Below, one piece after another: positions 1 to 13,351 of a stretch of 64,000 bases of DNA. Source of the DNA: the human T2T-CHM13v2.0 reference genome, Homo sapiens; the NCBI GenBank assembly GCA_009914755.4, contig CP068257.2:44832001-44896000 (forward strand), written 5' to 3'. Below the pieces are notes generated by a model. It worked only from the letters and a program-made list of their open reading frames with translations, was not told the DNA's origin and searched no databases. The position numbers were made by a program, and so were the translations under genes. Every line of letters starts with the position of its first letter. Position 1 is the first letter of the stretch.

Positions 1-41
1 ATTTTCAGTGGAACCCGGAGCATTCTTGAATAGCCACTTGA

Positions 42-443
<402 letters not shown>

Positions 444-504
444 TAGACTAGACAGTAATACCTAGCCAAGGACCCTTTATCCAAAAATGTACTAGATGGG
501 TATA

Positions 505-950
505 ATTTTTTTATTTTTAGAGACAAGGTCTCGCTCTGTCACCCAGGCTGGAGTACAGTGGCACAATCACAACTCACTGCAGCCTTGACCTACCAAGCCC
601 AAATGATCCGCCTGCTTAGCCTCCCGAGTAGTTGGGACTACAGGTGCGCACCACCACGCCTGGCACTAATTTTCGTATTTCTTTTAGAGACAAGGTTTCA
701 CTTTGTTTCCCGGCCTGGTTTCAAGCTCCTGGCTCAAGCAATCCTACTGTCTCTGCCTCCCGAGTAGCTGGGAGTACAGGCACGCACTGCCACATTGAGC
801 TAGTTGTTTTTTTTTTTTTTTTTTTTTTAAGTAGAGATGGAGTTTCACTCTGTTGCCCACACTGGTCTTGAACCCCTAGCTTCAAGTGATCCTCCTGCCT
901 TGGCCTCCCAAAGTGCTGGGAATACAGGCTCAAGACACTGTGTCCAGCCC
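505..950 (-). mobile_element. Composite of at least two truncated or rearranged Alu copies with an internal T22 tract at about 806-828
   Basis: Repeated Alu blocks in one orientation: 'cctcccgagtagttgggactacagg', then 'cctcccgagtagctgggagtacagg', then a third 'cctcccaaagtgctgggaatacagg'. Confidence 0.75.
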
Positions 951-1099
951 TAACTTATAGTTTATTGAAGGAAAAATAAATGAAACCATGAGGAAAAAGA
1001 TGAACATGGGCTATTCTACAGTTAACTGCCCTCGTTTCATCAAAGACAATGGGACATGAATGTGAGGAGCCTGTTCTAGCTTGAAGCCAAGAAGCTGTC

Positions 1100-1335
1100 A
1101 GCCGGGTGTGGTGGCTCACACCTGTAATCCCAGCACTTTGGGAGGTCGAGGTGGCCAGATCACAAGGTCAGGAGTTTGAGACCAGCCTAACCAACATGGC
1201 AAAACCCGGTCTCTACTAAAAATACAAAAATTAGCCGGGTGTGGTGGCAGGCCCCTGTAATCCCAGCTACTCGGGAGGCTGAGGCAGGAGGATCACTTGA
1301 ACCCAGGAGGCGGAGGCTGCACTGAGCCGAAAGTC
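1100..1335 (+). mobile_element. Alu, 3'-truncated with no A-tail
   Basis: 'gccgggtgtggtggctcacacctgtaatcccagcactttgggagg' through to 'ggaggcggaggctgcactgagccg'. Confidence 0.9.
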
Positions 1336-2204
1336 CTCGGTACCAAAAGGTGCCAGTGAAGACACTAGATTGCAGATAAGGATGTTCCTGTTTTCATTGT
1401 GTATGAGCCACCCAGTTTCCCTCAAAAATTGGGATCAATAGCACCAGTTAGTGCAGTAACTCCATCCCTGGGTGTTGGCTCAGGCAGCAGTCTCAACTGC
1501 TAGTTCAAAGTTCAAAATACCACCATTGTCGTACCTGGTAGAAGCAGTCCTCCCTTGGGACAGTGGAGTTCAGAGTTACAAGATGAGAAGCAAAAATTCC
1601 TTCTGGGGTTACTTGGCATAACAGTAAGAGGGGCCATTCCTATCTGCAGCCCTTAGGTTTCCAAGCCAGCATATGCTGGCTGTGGGAGAAGTAGCACTAG
1701 GTATTGTTCAGTTAAAGCCTATACCACATCCTGTATTATAACATCCATATTGACAGGGCATTGTCTCCAATCTGGCATCATAACTGAGCCTTCGGGAGGC
1801 CTTTCCACCATCCACTAAGCAAGCTACTTCTGACTGATAGGAGTTTGGGGTAAGATGAGGGCATCGTACAACCACATGCTTAGAGCCACACTTGCTCTCA
1901 GAAGAGTTTTCTGGTTAGAAGCGATGATGAATTAGGAATTTGGGAAGTCTGCAAATGAGTGTTGGGCGGGAAAAGCAAATTCATATGCAGAATAGGAATG
2001 GATAGATGCAGGGGGACAGCAGAGCTGGAGAACTGCATGGGAGCCTGGGCTACCGTTCATGCTGCCTGCTGCCGCCTCCCTGACCTGCTGGAGGCTTGTC
2101 TCCTTTTCTAACACGAGCTGCCTGTCCTACAGTTCCATTCTGACACTACCTAGAGTCAGAATGGACACAGTTCCCACAAGTTAAGGACAAAGTCCTTCCA
2201 TTTT

Positions 2205-2336
2205 TAATTAATTTATTTTTGTAGAGATGGGGGGTCTCCCTGTTGCCCAGGCTGGTCTCGAATTCCTGGGCTCAAGTGATCCTATCTTGGCCTCCCAAAG
2301 TGCTGGGATTACAGGCGTGAACCACAGTGCCTGGCC
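2205..2336 (-). mobile_element. Half Alu (FLAM-like monomer)
   Basis: 'tttttgtagagatggggggtctccctgttgcccaggctggtctcgaattcctgggctcaagtgatcc...gtgctgggattacaggcgtgaaccacagtgcctggcc'. Confidence 0.8.
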
Positions 2337-3300
2337 TAAAGTCCTTCAATTCTGGTACTACCTGGAGTCAGCACAGACCCTAAAAGCTAAGGACTCAGTC
2401 TCCACGTCAGACGTCAGCCACAAGTGGTGTTTCCAGGCTACCCGCAATTCTGCCCAGCCAATTTATAAGTTTGTGGGGTTTTCAGCCCCACCCCTGTAGG
2501 TTTAATAATTTACTAGAATGATGCAAAGTACTATTCTTGGGATTACCAGTTTATTATACAGGGTACAACAAAGGAACAGCCAAATGGAAGAGGTGAGCAG
2601 GACAGGTATGGGGCTCAGAGCTTCTGTGTCCACTGCAGGCGTGCTGCCCTCCCAGCACTATCGGGGGAACCCATCCCCAATATTTCAACGTAGGTTCTTT
2701 CTATTTTCCCTAAGTGTCGGCCAGTCTGAGAAATAGAGTACAAAGAGGAAGTTTAGAGCTGGGCTGCCAGGGGTGACATCACATAGTGGTAGGACCGTGA
2801 TGCCCACCTGAGCCGCACAACCAGCAGGTTTTTATTAAGGACTTCAAAAGGGGAGGGGGTGTACGAACAGGGAGTAGGTCACAAAGATCACATGCTTCAA
2901 AGGGCAAAAGGGAGAACAAAGATTACGTGCTTCTGAGGCCAATAAAGATCACAAGGCAAAGGGCAAAATCAAAAACTCCTGGTAAGGGTCTATGTTCAGC
3001 TGTGCATGTATTGTCTTGATAAACATCTTAAACAACAGAAAACAGGGTTCAAGAGCAGAGAACCAGTCTGACCTCAGATTTACCAGGGAGTGGTTTTTTC
3101 CCCCACCCTAACAATCCTGAGGGTACTGCAGGAGACCAGGGCGTATTTCAGTCTTTATCTCAACTGCGTAAGACAGACACTCCCAGAGCAAGCATTTATA
3201 GACCTCCCCCAAGGAATGCAATTATTTTCCTAGGGTCTTAATATTCCTTGTTAGGAAAAGAATTTAGCGATATCTCTCCTACTTGCACGTCCGTTTATAG

Positions 3301-3691
<391 letters not shown>

Positions 3692-4202
3692 TCAAATGCA
3701 CGTTTTACAATCGATTTGTACAGTTAATGCAATCATCACAGTGGACCTGAGGTGACATACATCCTCAGCTTACGAAGATAACAGGATTGAGATTAGACAG
3801 GCATAAGAAATTATAAGAGTATTACTAGGAAGTGATAAACGTCCATGAAATCTTCACAATTTATGTCCCTCTGCCGCGGCTCCAGCCGGTCCCTCGGTTT
3901 GGGGTCCCTGACTTCCCGCAACACAGCACAACCCAGAACCTCTGTAAGCCTCATTGGCTAAGAGTTTTTATCAAGGCCTCATTACATAGTCATGATGGAT
4001 TGGATTATTGATCACATGATTGAACTTAAACTCCAACCCCCTCCCCTCTCCAGAGGTTTGAGGGTGGGGCTGAAAATCCTAATCCTCCAATCATGTGGTT
4101 GGGTCCTCTGGTGTCCAGCCCCCACCTTGAAGGGGCCCCACCACAATCACCTCAAAAGCCTGAATAGAAAACTTTTAATGACTGCACCTGGGATGGATGC
4201 CT

Positions 4203-4925
4203 GATATGGTTTGGATCTGTGTGTCTGCCCAATCTCATGCTGAATTCTAATCCCTAATGTTGGAGGTGGGACCTGGTGGGAGGTTACTGGATCATGGGGA
4301 CAGTTCCTCGTGAATGGTTTAACACCTGGGTGCTGTCCTCAGACAGTGAATGAGTTCTCACGAGATCTGGTTGTTCAAGTGTGTGGCACCTCCATCCTCT
4401 CTCTGCCTCCTAATACAGCCATGTGAAGTGCCTTGCTCCCCCTTTGTCTTCTGCCATGATTGGAAGCTTCCTGAGGCCTCCCCAAAGGAAAAGCCACTAT
4501 GCTTACTGTACAGCCTGCAGAACCGTGAGCCAAATATACCTCTTTTCTTTATAAATTATCCAGTCTCAGGCATTTTTTTTTTTTAGATGGAGACTTGCTC
4601 TGTCACCCAGGCTTAAATGGCACAATCTTGGCTCACTGCAACCTCCGCCTCCCGGGTTCAAGCAATTATCCTGTCTCAGCCTCCTGAGTAGCTGAGACTA
4701 CAGGTGCACGCCACCAGGCCCGACTAATTTTTGTACTTTTAGTAGAGACAGAGTTTCACCATATTGGTCAGGCTGGTCTCGAACTCCTGACCTCAGGTGA
4801 TCCACCGGCTTTGGCCTCCCAAAGTGCTGGGATTACAGGCCTCAGCCACCACACCTGGCCTCAGGCATTTCTTTATAGCAGTGTGAGAACAAATACAGTG
4901 CCTCACAGAGAGATGCTGATTCTCA
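4203..4925 (+). mobile_element. MaLR LTR, THE1/MST-like, from 'tgatatggtttgg' to 'ataaattatccagtctcaggcatttctttatagcagtgtgagaac'. It is interrupted by the Alu at 4574-4860. The stretch at about 3760-4200 upstream may be MaLR internal sequence.
   Basis: Start and end match the THE1B LTR consensus as I recall it ('TGATATGGTTTGGCTGTGTCCCCACCCAAATCTCAT' ... 'TTCTTTATAAATTACCCAGTCTCAGGTATGTCTTTATTAGCAGTGTGAGAAC'). Confidence 0.6.
4574..4860 (-). mobile_element. Alu inserted into the THE1-like LTR; TSD 'tcaggcattt'
   Basis: 'tcaggcattt' at 4565-4574 is repeated at 4861-4870. Canonical Alu blocks lie between the two copies. Confidence 0.9.
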
Positions 4926-5299
4926 AAACCCAACAATACCACCTTGCTTGCAGACCCCCAAGACTCTGATCCCAATACAGCCCACAGAAGCATGAGGCAT
5001 ACCATAGGAGGACAGCCTATACACAAATCATTAAACTGGACATAAACAGCATTCCACTGAAACTGGAAATAATATACACAAAACTATGCCTGAACAGATT
5101 CAGAAGGCATAAGTATGTGACCCAAGTGAGTGACCAAACACATGCTGCCGCCTCTTCTACTTCACACCCCTCAGTCTACATCTGTGGTTTCACGGGACGC
5201 TCCCTAGGACCAGTTGACAGAAGACGAAAAAATACAGGTTTGTTCTACCAACGGATCCATACGGTATGGTGGCATGAACCATAAATAGTTGCTACACTA

Positions 5300-5597
<298 letters not shown>

Positions 5598-6173
5598 CTA
5601 CAACCTAGTTTAGGGTTGGATTTTTGAAGATTTCCAGCTGGCAAAACTTGGGAGGGTACAGCTGGTGGTCCATCTTATGTGGAAAGGAAGGTGTCTGAAT
5701 TTACTGATCTGCAAGCATTCCCATGCAGTTACGCACTGTCCAGCTGGTCAATAACAGAAAGATTGCAAAGAACGGTTTCAAGGAAGTCTTCAGTGCCAGG
5801 CTCAGTGGCTCATGCCTTTGGGAGGCTGTGCCTTTAGCATGCTGTCTCAGCGCTCTGCCAGGCAGGAGGGCCCATGGACACTACACTTCCTTGGCTATAA
5901 AGTGAATCTCGTTTGAAATGTTGTGTGCTTATGTCAGTGAAACAAACACTCCTTAAGCCTTTCTGGCTGACACTTGTGAGTAGGAAAAGACAAGCCTCGT
6001 ATCTGGAATATGAGACTATTCTTGTGAAAAGTGAACCACCAGCCCTTCCAGGATGGGAGAGTTCCAATACAGTAAACTCTCCTTATAAAATGGGGACTAT
6101 GTCTAAAGACCTCTGTAAACCTGGATGTTTGTGCTCCTTGATGAAGTGACCCACAATGGGAGTATAGCACTGG

Positions 6174-6295
6174 TCTCTTTTGCTGGCAGGTTAGATATTT
6201 AGGGGCAGCTAGATATTAACCAAAGCCGGGTAGATCTCTTTTGCTGGCAGGTTAGATATTCAGGGGCAGCTAGATATTAACCAAAGCTGGGTAGA
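6174..6295. repeat. 61-bp tandem duplication, 2 copies, 2 mismatches
   Basis: 'tctcttttgctggcaggttagatatttaggggcagctagatattaaccaaagccgggtaga' is followed immediately by 'tctcttttgctggcaggttagatattcaggggcagctagatattaaccaaagctgggtaga'. Confidence 0.9.
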
Positions 6296-7798
6296 GAGCA
6301 TGGGTTGCTGTCAGGCCCATGAACAGCGTCCATCACCTTGGCTACCTTGTCCATGTGCCCATCATGCCAGTAGTACAGTAGCCAATAAAAGATGCTGTCC
6401 AATATCAACTGGCTGAGTCAACTGTCTACTTGGTTGTATAATGCTTCTTTCATGGATGCTCTCTGGTGGGCATTAACATTGTATACAAAGAACATTGTAC
6501 TTCGTGCTATTCCAATTTATCTGACCACATAAATCTACCACACACCTCCTTATCTCCAACTTCCGATTGTTTTCCTTCCAGGCCCTTAACCAGTTACCCA
6601 GGCCCTCTAGCATTGCCCATGGCTCCATGTATATTCTCACCTTGGGCTACTTCTTCCACAAAAAAGTGGACGACCAGGAGCTCTGCCTGAAATTCTGCCT
6701 ATTGAGAGGATATGCCCTTATCACCATTTTTCAAGGTCACCCCTGAGAAGGCTGTAATGTAGCTGCTATTTTCATTTTGAACTCATACTGAGCCAACCCA
6801 TTTATACACCATGCTCACAATTTTTACTCCTGTCAACTGGCTATAAGGGCCCCCTCACACTGTCACAGGTGTGAAATGACATTGTGGCTGATCCAACAGT
6901 TCTGGAAGTCATGTGCATCTGTGCTCTGCAGCTCATTTGGTAACCTCTGTACATTCTCATGCTCAACCTTGAATATACTACTTCCATATTATGAGGGACC
7001 GTTGCTGGCCCCAACTGATGTTATGACTTTTGCTAGTTTAACATTAACAGGCAGTTCTGGTTGCATGGTCACCTGGTGGCTTACGGTCAGGCGTTCCATC
7101 TCTGTCAGAGACAAGTGGCATACCAGAAGACAGATCTACACCCGCCCGCCCCCCAAATGCATACAATTCTCTGCTCCAGGTGGCATGACAGAATCTCTAC
7201 ATTGCATCATTCTGCACCATTAATAACACCAAAAAAACACCTGTTGGACTATATGGCCCAGGCAATAGCATTACTTCATCACAACCCGGATCTACTGTAC
7301 AGACGTTTCCAGTTCTGGGCTCTTTCCAAAATTGGAAATCTCCCAATTCCACTAGTCTCTGGACCAGAGCAATACTCCCAGGTGTGGGACATGCTGCCTC
7401 CAGAACCTGAGGCAAGAACTAGCTCGAGAACCAACAAGCGTCTTGCTTTCTTAACGGCAGGAGGTGCAAGCAGCAATAATTCATTCGCTTTTGGAAGGGA
7501 TGCCCTAGAGCACCCCTGACCACTGGAGCCCTAAAAATGTTAGGATTGTAGCAGGCTCCTGGATTCCTGTAGGGTTTATATGCCACTCTCTGGAGCAGCT
7601 GTCTCCAGGATCTTCTGCACTTCTCATCTGGCTGATCAACATGTCACTGATGTAAAGGAACAATGTAATATTCTACAGGATGTCTAGGTGGTCCAGATCT
7701 CTTTGGATTACGACAGAGAGCAAGAGAAGTAACATAACCTTCCGGCAAAACTGCATTTTAATTCCATGCAAATGCAAAATGTTTTTGATCCCTGATAG

Positions 7799-8160
<362 letters not shown>

Positions 8161-8904
8161 AGGGATACTTCTTAGATGAGTTTGCAGCAGTGTACCCAAA
8201 ACAACTACTGGTTGACAGCAAATAGAGTAGGCTGCCATTCTCCAGGATCCTTGTGACTTCTGCAGGGGTCATGCTGGTAAATTAAAAATGTTGGTAACCA
8301 CCACTTTACATCACTTGGATCCTTAGAAGTGGCACTTATCTCTGCCATTCCCGCTCTGGGATAATTGTTTTATAATCTTGGTAGGGGATGGGGCAGTTTC
8401 AGGTTTCTGTTTGGCTTTTTCCATTTTGTTATCTAACTCTATAGGTCAGGGACCTGGAATGAGCATTCACTGCCAAGTATGTCAATGCCAATTACTCACT
8501 CGAAGGCTAAGAAAATATCACTAGATCAGTCCACTAGGTCTATGGGTCCACTGTAAGCTGGACCTTTAGCAGAACTCCATCAATTACCTGGCCACCACAT
8601 GCAGCCACTCTAACAGAAGGGGATGATATTCTAGGCATCTGGACATCAATTTAGACCCTGTGTCCACAAGTCTTCCAAATGTTTGGCTAATCACTTTTCT
8701 CCAGGATGTAGTTATCAAAAGAAATTGCTATCAGACCCTTTGGAAAAGTACCTGGGGATTCATTTCTGTTGTACTTGTACTGTTATAGGTCCTTCTTCCT
8801 GGTGTTTGGCCACCTCTCAAGTAATGTTTCCATTTCTGAAAACTGGCTCAGTTCCAGAAGCTGGGCATGGAATCCTGATTTTTTAAAACTGGGACAAGCA
8901 TCTT

Positions 8905-9070
8905 TATTTATTTTTTTCAATTGAGACAGTCTTGCCACATTGCCCGGGCTGGAGTGCAGTGGTGCAACCACAGCTCACTGTAATCTTGAACTCCTGGGCT
9001 CAAGTGATCCTCCCACCTTAGCTTCCCCAAATGCTGAGATTACAGGCACAGGCCACCGTGCCTGGATGGA
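8905..9070 (-). mobile_element. Internally deleted Alu of about 165 bp; a separate T32 tract follows at 9071-9102
   Basis: 'gagacagtcttgccacattgcccgggctggagtgcagtggtgcaaccacagctcactg' joins directly to 'cctgggctcaagtgatcctcccacc...gctgagattacaggcacaggccaccgtgcctgg'. Confidence 0.7.
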
Positions 9071-10063
9071 TTTTTTTTTTTTTTTTTTTTTTTGCCAGCT
9101 GAGTAGTACCCTTCTTAGCTGCCCACCTGTTTTGCCTCCAGGGATGCCATGTTTATTGACCAGTTCTATAACCATACAAGTGAGGTCCCCTTGGCTGCCA
9201 CTCAGACCCTGCTGGCTGCTATAATTGCAATCCTCTGACTTCTGCCAGCTAAGTGTTGCCTTTGGCTTCTTGGGTTTTTTTCTTTGGTCCCCACTATGTC
9301 CCAGAATGGCCTCTTTTGTCTTAGGATCCTATCATCCCCAGTGCTATCACCCAGCCAAGTTCTGGAACAGCCTTTCTATTGTCATTCTTGCCTACAGAGA
9401 TGAGCCATCACTGAATATTTTAGTGACATCAGTGCCCCTTTCATCATCCTATGTCTAATGATCTTTATAAATGACGTGTTATTTACACCTTCATGTGGAA
9501 TATGATCGTCTCAAATGTCTTCTAGATGCACGGAGTATATAAATTTCAACATGCCCACACCCCTGAACCTTTTACTCCCTTCCACCACTGTCTGCCATAG
9601 CAATTTTGCCATTTCAATTTTGCTTACCATGGCCCATGGCTTTTTCCAAGTGTGGTGTTTTAAAAATATACTGGCAAATTTTTTGATATTCTTCCCTTTA
9701 GAAGATGAAGCCTAATTCCTCTCCTTTTGAATATGGGTAATTTAGTGACTCATTTCTTCCAAATAGGAAGTAGCCGAAGTGATGGTATGCAACTTCTGAG
9801 GCTGGTTCACAAAAAGGATACAGCTTTCTTTTGTCCTTTGTCTTTAGATTGCCCTTGGAATCCAGCCATCATATTGTGAGAAAGCCTCGGCCACAGGGAC
9901 CGGCCGTGTAGGGGTGTGCTGGCTGACATCCCCAATCTGGGCTGCAGCCAATCTCCAGTATCAGCTGTCAGACATTCGAGCAGATGAACCTTCACTCATT
10001 CCAACCTCTAGCCTCTGAACTGCTCCAGCTGAGGCCTCAGACACTGTGGAAGAGAGATAACCA

Positions 10064-10150
10064 ATCCCCACTATGTCTGACCCACAGTAACCTAGAGAGA
10101 TCACCGATCCCCACTATGTCTGACCCACAGTAACCTAGAGATAAGAAATG
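10064..10150. repeat. 43-bp tandem duplication, 2 copies
   Basis: 'atccccactatgtctgacccacagtaacctagaga' is repeated ('...gagataaccaatccccactatgtctgacccacagtaacctagagagatcaccgatccccactatgtctgacccacagtaacctagagataag'). Confidence 0.85.
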
Positions 10151-10394
10151 ATTCTTGTTTTAAGCCACGAAGTGTGGAGTAATTTGTTAGGCAGCAGTAG
10201 CTATACCGCCATTCTAGGAGCCATCCTTGCAGGAAGTCTGCAGCCACTCTTTGCCAAGGTGTTAAATCACGTATTTCAATAAACACATCTATGCAAGTTT
10301 ACATTCCAGCTCCCTTCATCAAGCACCCTCATAATCCAGCCCCAAACTTTCCCAGCTCCTGTCAGTACATGTTGGCTGGGTGGTACAGCTTGTT

Positions 10395-10855
10395 ATGGGC
10401 TGAAGTGTGTCCCTCTCAAAAGATGCTGAAGCCCTAACCCCTGGTCAATGTGAATGTGACATTATTTGGAAATGGGTCTTTGTAGACAAGTTAAGATGCG
10501 CTCATTAGAGTGGGCCCTAATCAGTATGACTGGTGTCCTTCTAAAAAGAGGCCCATGTCGAATGACCTTTGTCAATGATGTTACTTATGCCTTCGTCTGG
10601 AGAGACACACACAACAAGATCACCATGTGAATATAAAGGCAGGACTGGGACAATGCCTCTATAAGCCAAGGAACCAAAGACTGCCAGCAAACCACCAGAA
10701 GCTGGGAGAGAGGCATGAGACAGATTCTCCCTCCCAGCCCCAGAAGGAACCAACCCTGTGAAAACTTTGATCTCAGACTTCTAGCCTCCAGAACTGGGAG
10801 ACAATAAATGTCTGCCCAGTTTGTTACTGAAGCCCCAGCAAACTAATAACGCAGT
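10395..10855 (+). mobile_element. MaLR-type solo LTR, MST-like
   Basis: 'gtgtccctctcaaaagatgctgaagccctaacccctggtcaatgtgaatgtgacattatttggaaatgggtctttg...gggccctaatcagtatgactggtgtccttctaaaaagaggc...ctccagaactgggagacaataaatgtctgcccagtttgttactgaagcc'. The same family recurs at 26160 and 46695. Confidence 0.55.
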
Positions 10856-11028
10856 TCTTCTGAGGGGGAGGGAGCTATATTCTCTTTTCTATCTCATTGT
10901 TTCCAGCTGAATAATGCAAAAGAAACAACCATAATTATACATCTACTGAGCAGTAAGTGGAGGGAGGAGGAGTAGTGTCAGGTTAATAGGAGAGGTGAGC
11001 CACCCCGGCAGGCTTCAGGTTCAAGGCA

Positions 11029-11276
11029 GGCCAGGTGTGATGGCTCACTGGAGCCTAGAAGTTTGAGACAAGCCCGGGCAACATAGCAAGACCTTGCCTC
11101 TACAAGTAATAAAAAATGTATCCAGGCGTGGTGACACATACCTGTAGTCCCAGTTACTTAGGAGGCTCAGGTGGGAGGATCGTTTGAGCCCAGGAAGTTG
11201 AGGCTACAGTGGGCCATGATCCAGCAACTGCACTCCAGCCTGGGCAACAGAGTGAGACACTGTCTACGAAAAAAAG
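11029..11276 (+). mobile_element. Alu, old (J-like), with an internal deletion in the left monomer
   Basis: 'ccaggtgtgatggctcactggagcctagaagtttgagac' ... 'cactgcactccagcctgggcaacagagtgagacactgtctacgaaaaaaa'. Confidence 0.8.
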
Positions 11277-11350
11277 GTTTAAGGCAGTTTGGGGAGTCAA
11301 AACCTTTGAAGGCATCTACCCAGGTATCTCCAACCCATGTATGACGGGCT

Positions 11351-11652
11351 TTTCTTTTCTTTCTTTTTTTTTTTTAAAAGACAGAGTCTCACTCCTGTTG
11401 CCCAGGCTGGAGTGCAGTCACAGCTCACTACAGCCCTGACTTCCAGGGCTCAGGTGATCCACCCACCTTAGCCTCCCAAGCAGCTGGGACCACAGCCGTG
11501 GCCACCATGCCCGGCTAATTTTTTGTGTTTTCAGTAGAGATGGGGTTTTGTCATGTTGCCCAAGCTGGTCTTGAACTCCTGAACTCAAGCAATCTTCCCG
11601 CCTTGGCCTCCCAAAGTGCTGGGATTACAGGTGTGAGCCACTGTGCCCAGCC
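11351..11652 (-). mobile_element. Alu, J-like
   Basis: 'agacagagtctcactcctgttgcccaggctggagtgcagtcacagctcactacagcc' through to 'gggattacaggtgtgagccactgtgcccagcc'. Confidence 0.85.
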
Positions 11653-12854
11653 TCATCTTTTCTTAGCAGGGATCCAAACTTAGTGGAAGAGTATTGCCTT
11701 GTTTGGGTGTTTTGCTATTTTTGGAGTTCAGTCAAACAGGGATGTTAATTCCTGGGCCTGGTTCTTGTCTTTGACCTGCTGCAGTAAATGAAGCTTCTCT
11801 ATATGCAACGGGACAGATTCACTGGCTTACAACTGTTTGTTGCTTGCCTTCAGCTGACCACTATTCTTAAGAGTCTCGGTTGGCACTAAGCAATAGCTAT
11901 CCAATCCCCCTTTCCTTCCTTTTATCTACTACGTTCACCATATATGAAATGTCTGATACTTCACCCACTCGTGGATTCCATTTCACTAGTTCACCCTCCT
12001 ACTTCACCACTGGTGAGTGATGCAGCCTCGAATCCCATCTTCTCACCAGCTTTAATGCTGCAGAATGGTTTCTCCAGAAGCAGACGCTGCGACTGAGTTT
12101 GGGGTACGAGGATGTTGACATGGTATCAACACCCGTGAAAGGAAGGGGAAGGAAGCAGGACTGGGCGGAGGAAGAAGGGTATGTAAGTCCCGCAAAGCTT
12201 TGGCCAACCTCGTGTGGAGCTCTGGAACGAGAACTGCTGAAGTTCGCCAGACTCGGGCACTCCTGCCTAACTCAGTAACAGGCGGGCGGCATCGGGACAC
12301 GGACACGCTGCTCAGGCCCCGCCACAGCCACCCTCGCACCGTCAGACACACTCCCACACATTCGGGGAGCAGGGCCTTCAGGACGCCGGCGGCGCCCTCT
12401 CAGTCTAGCTCCGCCAGGCCCCTCGTCCGTCCTCCCGCCCTCCAAGGTCACCTCGCGGTCCGACATGGCTGCTGGGGCTCCTTCGGGGCCAACGATGTGT
12501 ACTTCTAGGGCTGTTTTTTAAAGCAAAGGAGTGAACACAGGTAAAGGCACGAGAAAGGTGCCTCGACGCCACCACGGACTGCGCAGCGTTCGCGATCAGC
12601 ACAGCCCGAAAGGGAAGACAGCGGTCAACGCGGACGCGCCATGGCGCGGGGACCAAGGAGGAGCCCCGAGAGGGGCGGGGCTGGCCGGAGGGCCGCGCGC
12701 GGGGCCACCAGCGGCGCCTAGGGGTCAGCGCCAACGCCCACGGGTTGGTCATCCCCACTTAGGCGCCTCGGGCCGCAACTAAGCAGCCTGCCCGCCTCAA
12801 GCCCGCCACCCTCAAGCAGGCCCAGCGCAGAGCCTGTCGGGAGCGGCGCTCTCC

Positions 12855-12950
12855 CGCCTCTCCCAATGGGAGCCCGGAGCGGCATCGACGCGTCTTCGGG
12901 GCCAATGGAAGCGAGGCTCTGGTGTTGCTGGGCGGGGCCGGGAGGGCTGC
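12855..12950 (+). promoter_or_regulatory. DIP2A: TATA-less core promoter motifs: two CCAAT boxes (about 12863-12867 and 12903-12907) and a GC box GGGCGGGGC (about 12940-12948); a further GC box 'gaggggcggggctgg' at about 12663-12675
   Basis: Motifs read directly from the sequence: 'tcccaatggg', 'gccaatggaa', 'ggcggggccg'. They lie 300-400 bp upstream of the ATG. No TATA box is present. Confidence 0.5.
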
Positions 12951-13256
12951 GCGGGCCCGAGACCCACTGCGCACGCGCGCTCGCTACCCGCCCTTCCCGC
13001 CGCGCACGCGCTCCCGTGTAGGGCCGGCCGGGCGCTCAGGAGCGCGCGGGGCAGCGGCGGCGCGGCGGAGCCATCCGCGCTCGTGCCCGCGCGGGTGCGT
13101 TGCTGTCCTGGCCGCGCCCCTGTCCCGCCGCCTCCCGCTCCTCGCCTGGCGGATGTAGGTTGTTGGCCTGAGGGGAGCTACGTAGCCGAGGTTTGCGCTG
13201 CCGCCGCCAGGCCCGGTCCGGTTCCAGCCTCTGCCCGGACGCTAGCCGGCCTGGCC

Positions 13257-13347
13257 ATGGCTGACCGCGGGTGCCCGCTGGAGGCGGCGCCGCTGCCTGC
13301 CGAGGTGCGGGAGAGCCTGGCTGAGCTGGAGCTGGAGCTGTCGGAAG
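13257..13347 (+). CDS. DIP2A: DIP2 (disco-interacting protein 2 homolog A) coding exon 1: MADRGCPLEAAPLPAEVRESLAELELELSE plus the first nt of a Gly codon; start of the DMAP1-binding domain
   Basis: The ATG lies in a strong Kozak context, 'ggccATGg'. The translation matches the DIP2A N-terminus as I recall it. The donor is 'gaag|gtgagc'. The reading frame joins exon 2 in frame. Confidence 0.8.
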
Positions 13348-13351
13348 GTGA

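Noticed and set aside
7061-7519. 152-aa ORF in unique sequence upstream of the gene
   Set aside because: No recognisable domain or family and no splice context. The surrounding region looks like degenerate ancient repeat. The length is within the random expectation for 64 kb examined in six frames.
9071-9102. T32 homopolymer and other long poly-A/T tracts (15391-15426, 18951-18970, 34213-34236)
   Set aside because: These are ordinary retroposon tail remnants. They are noted as repeats only, not as regulatory elements.
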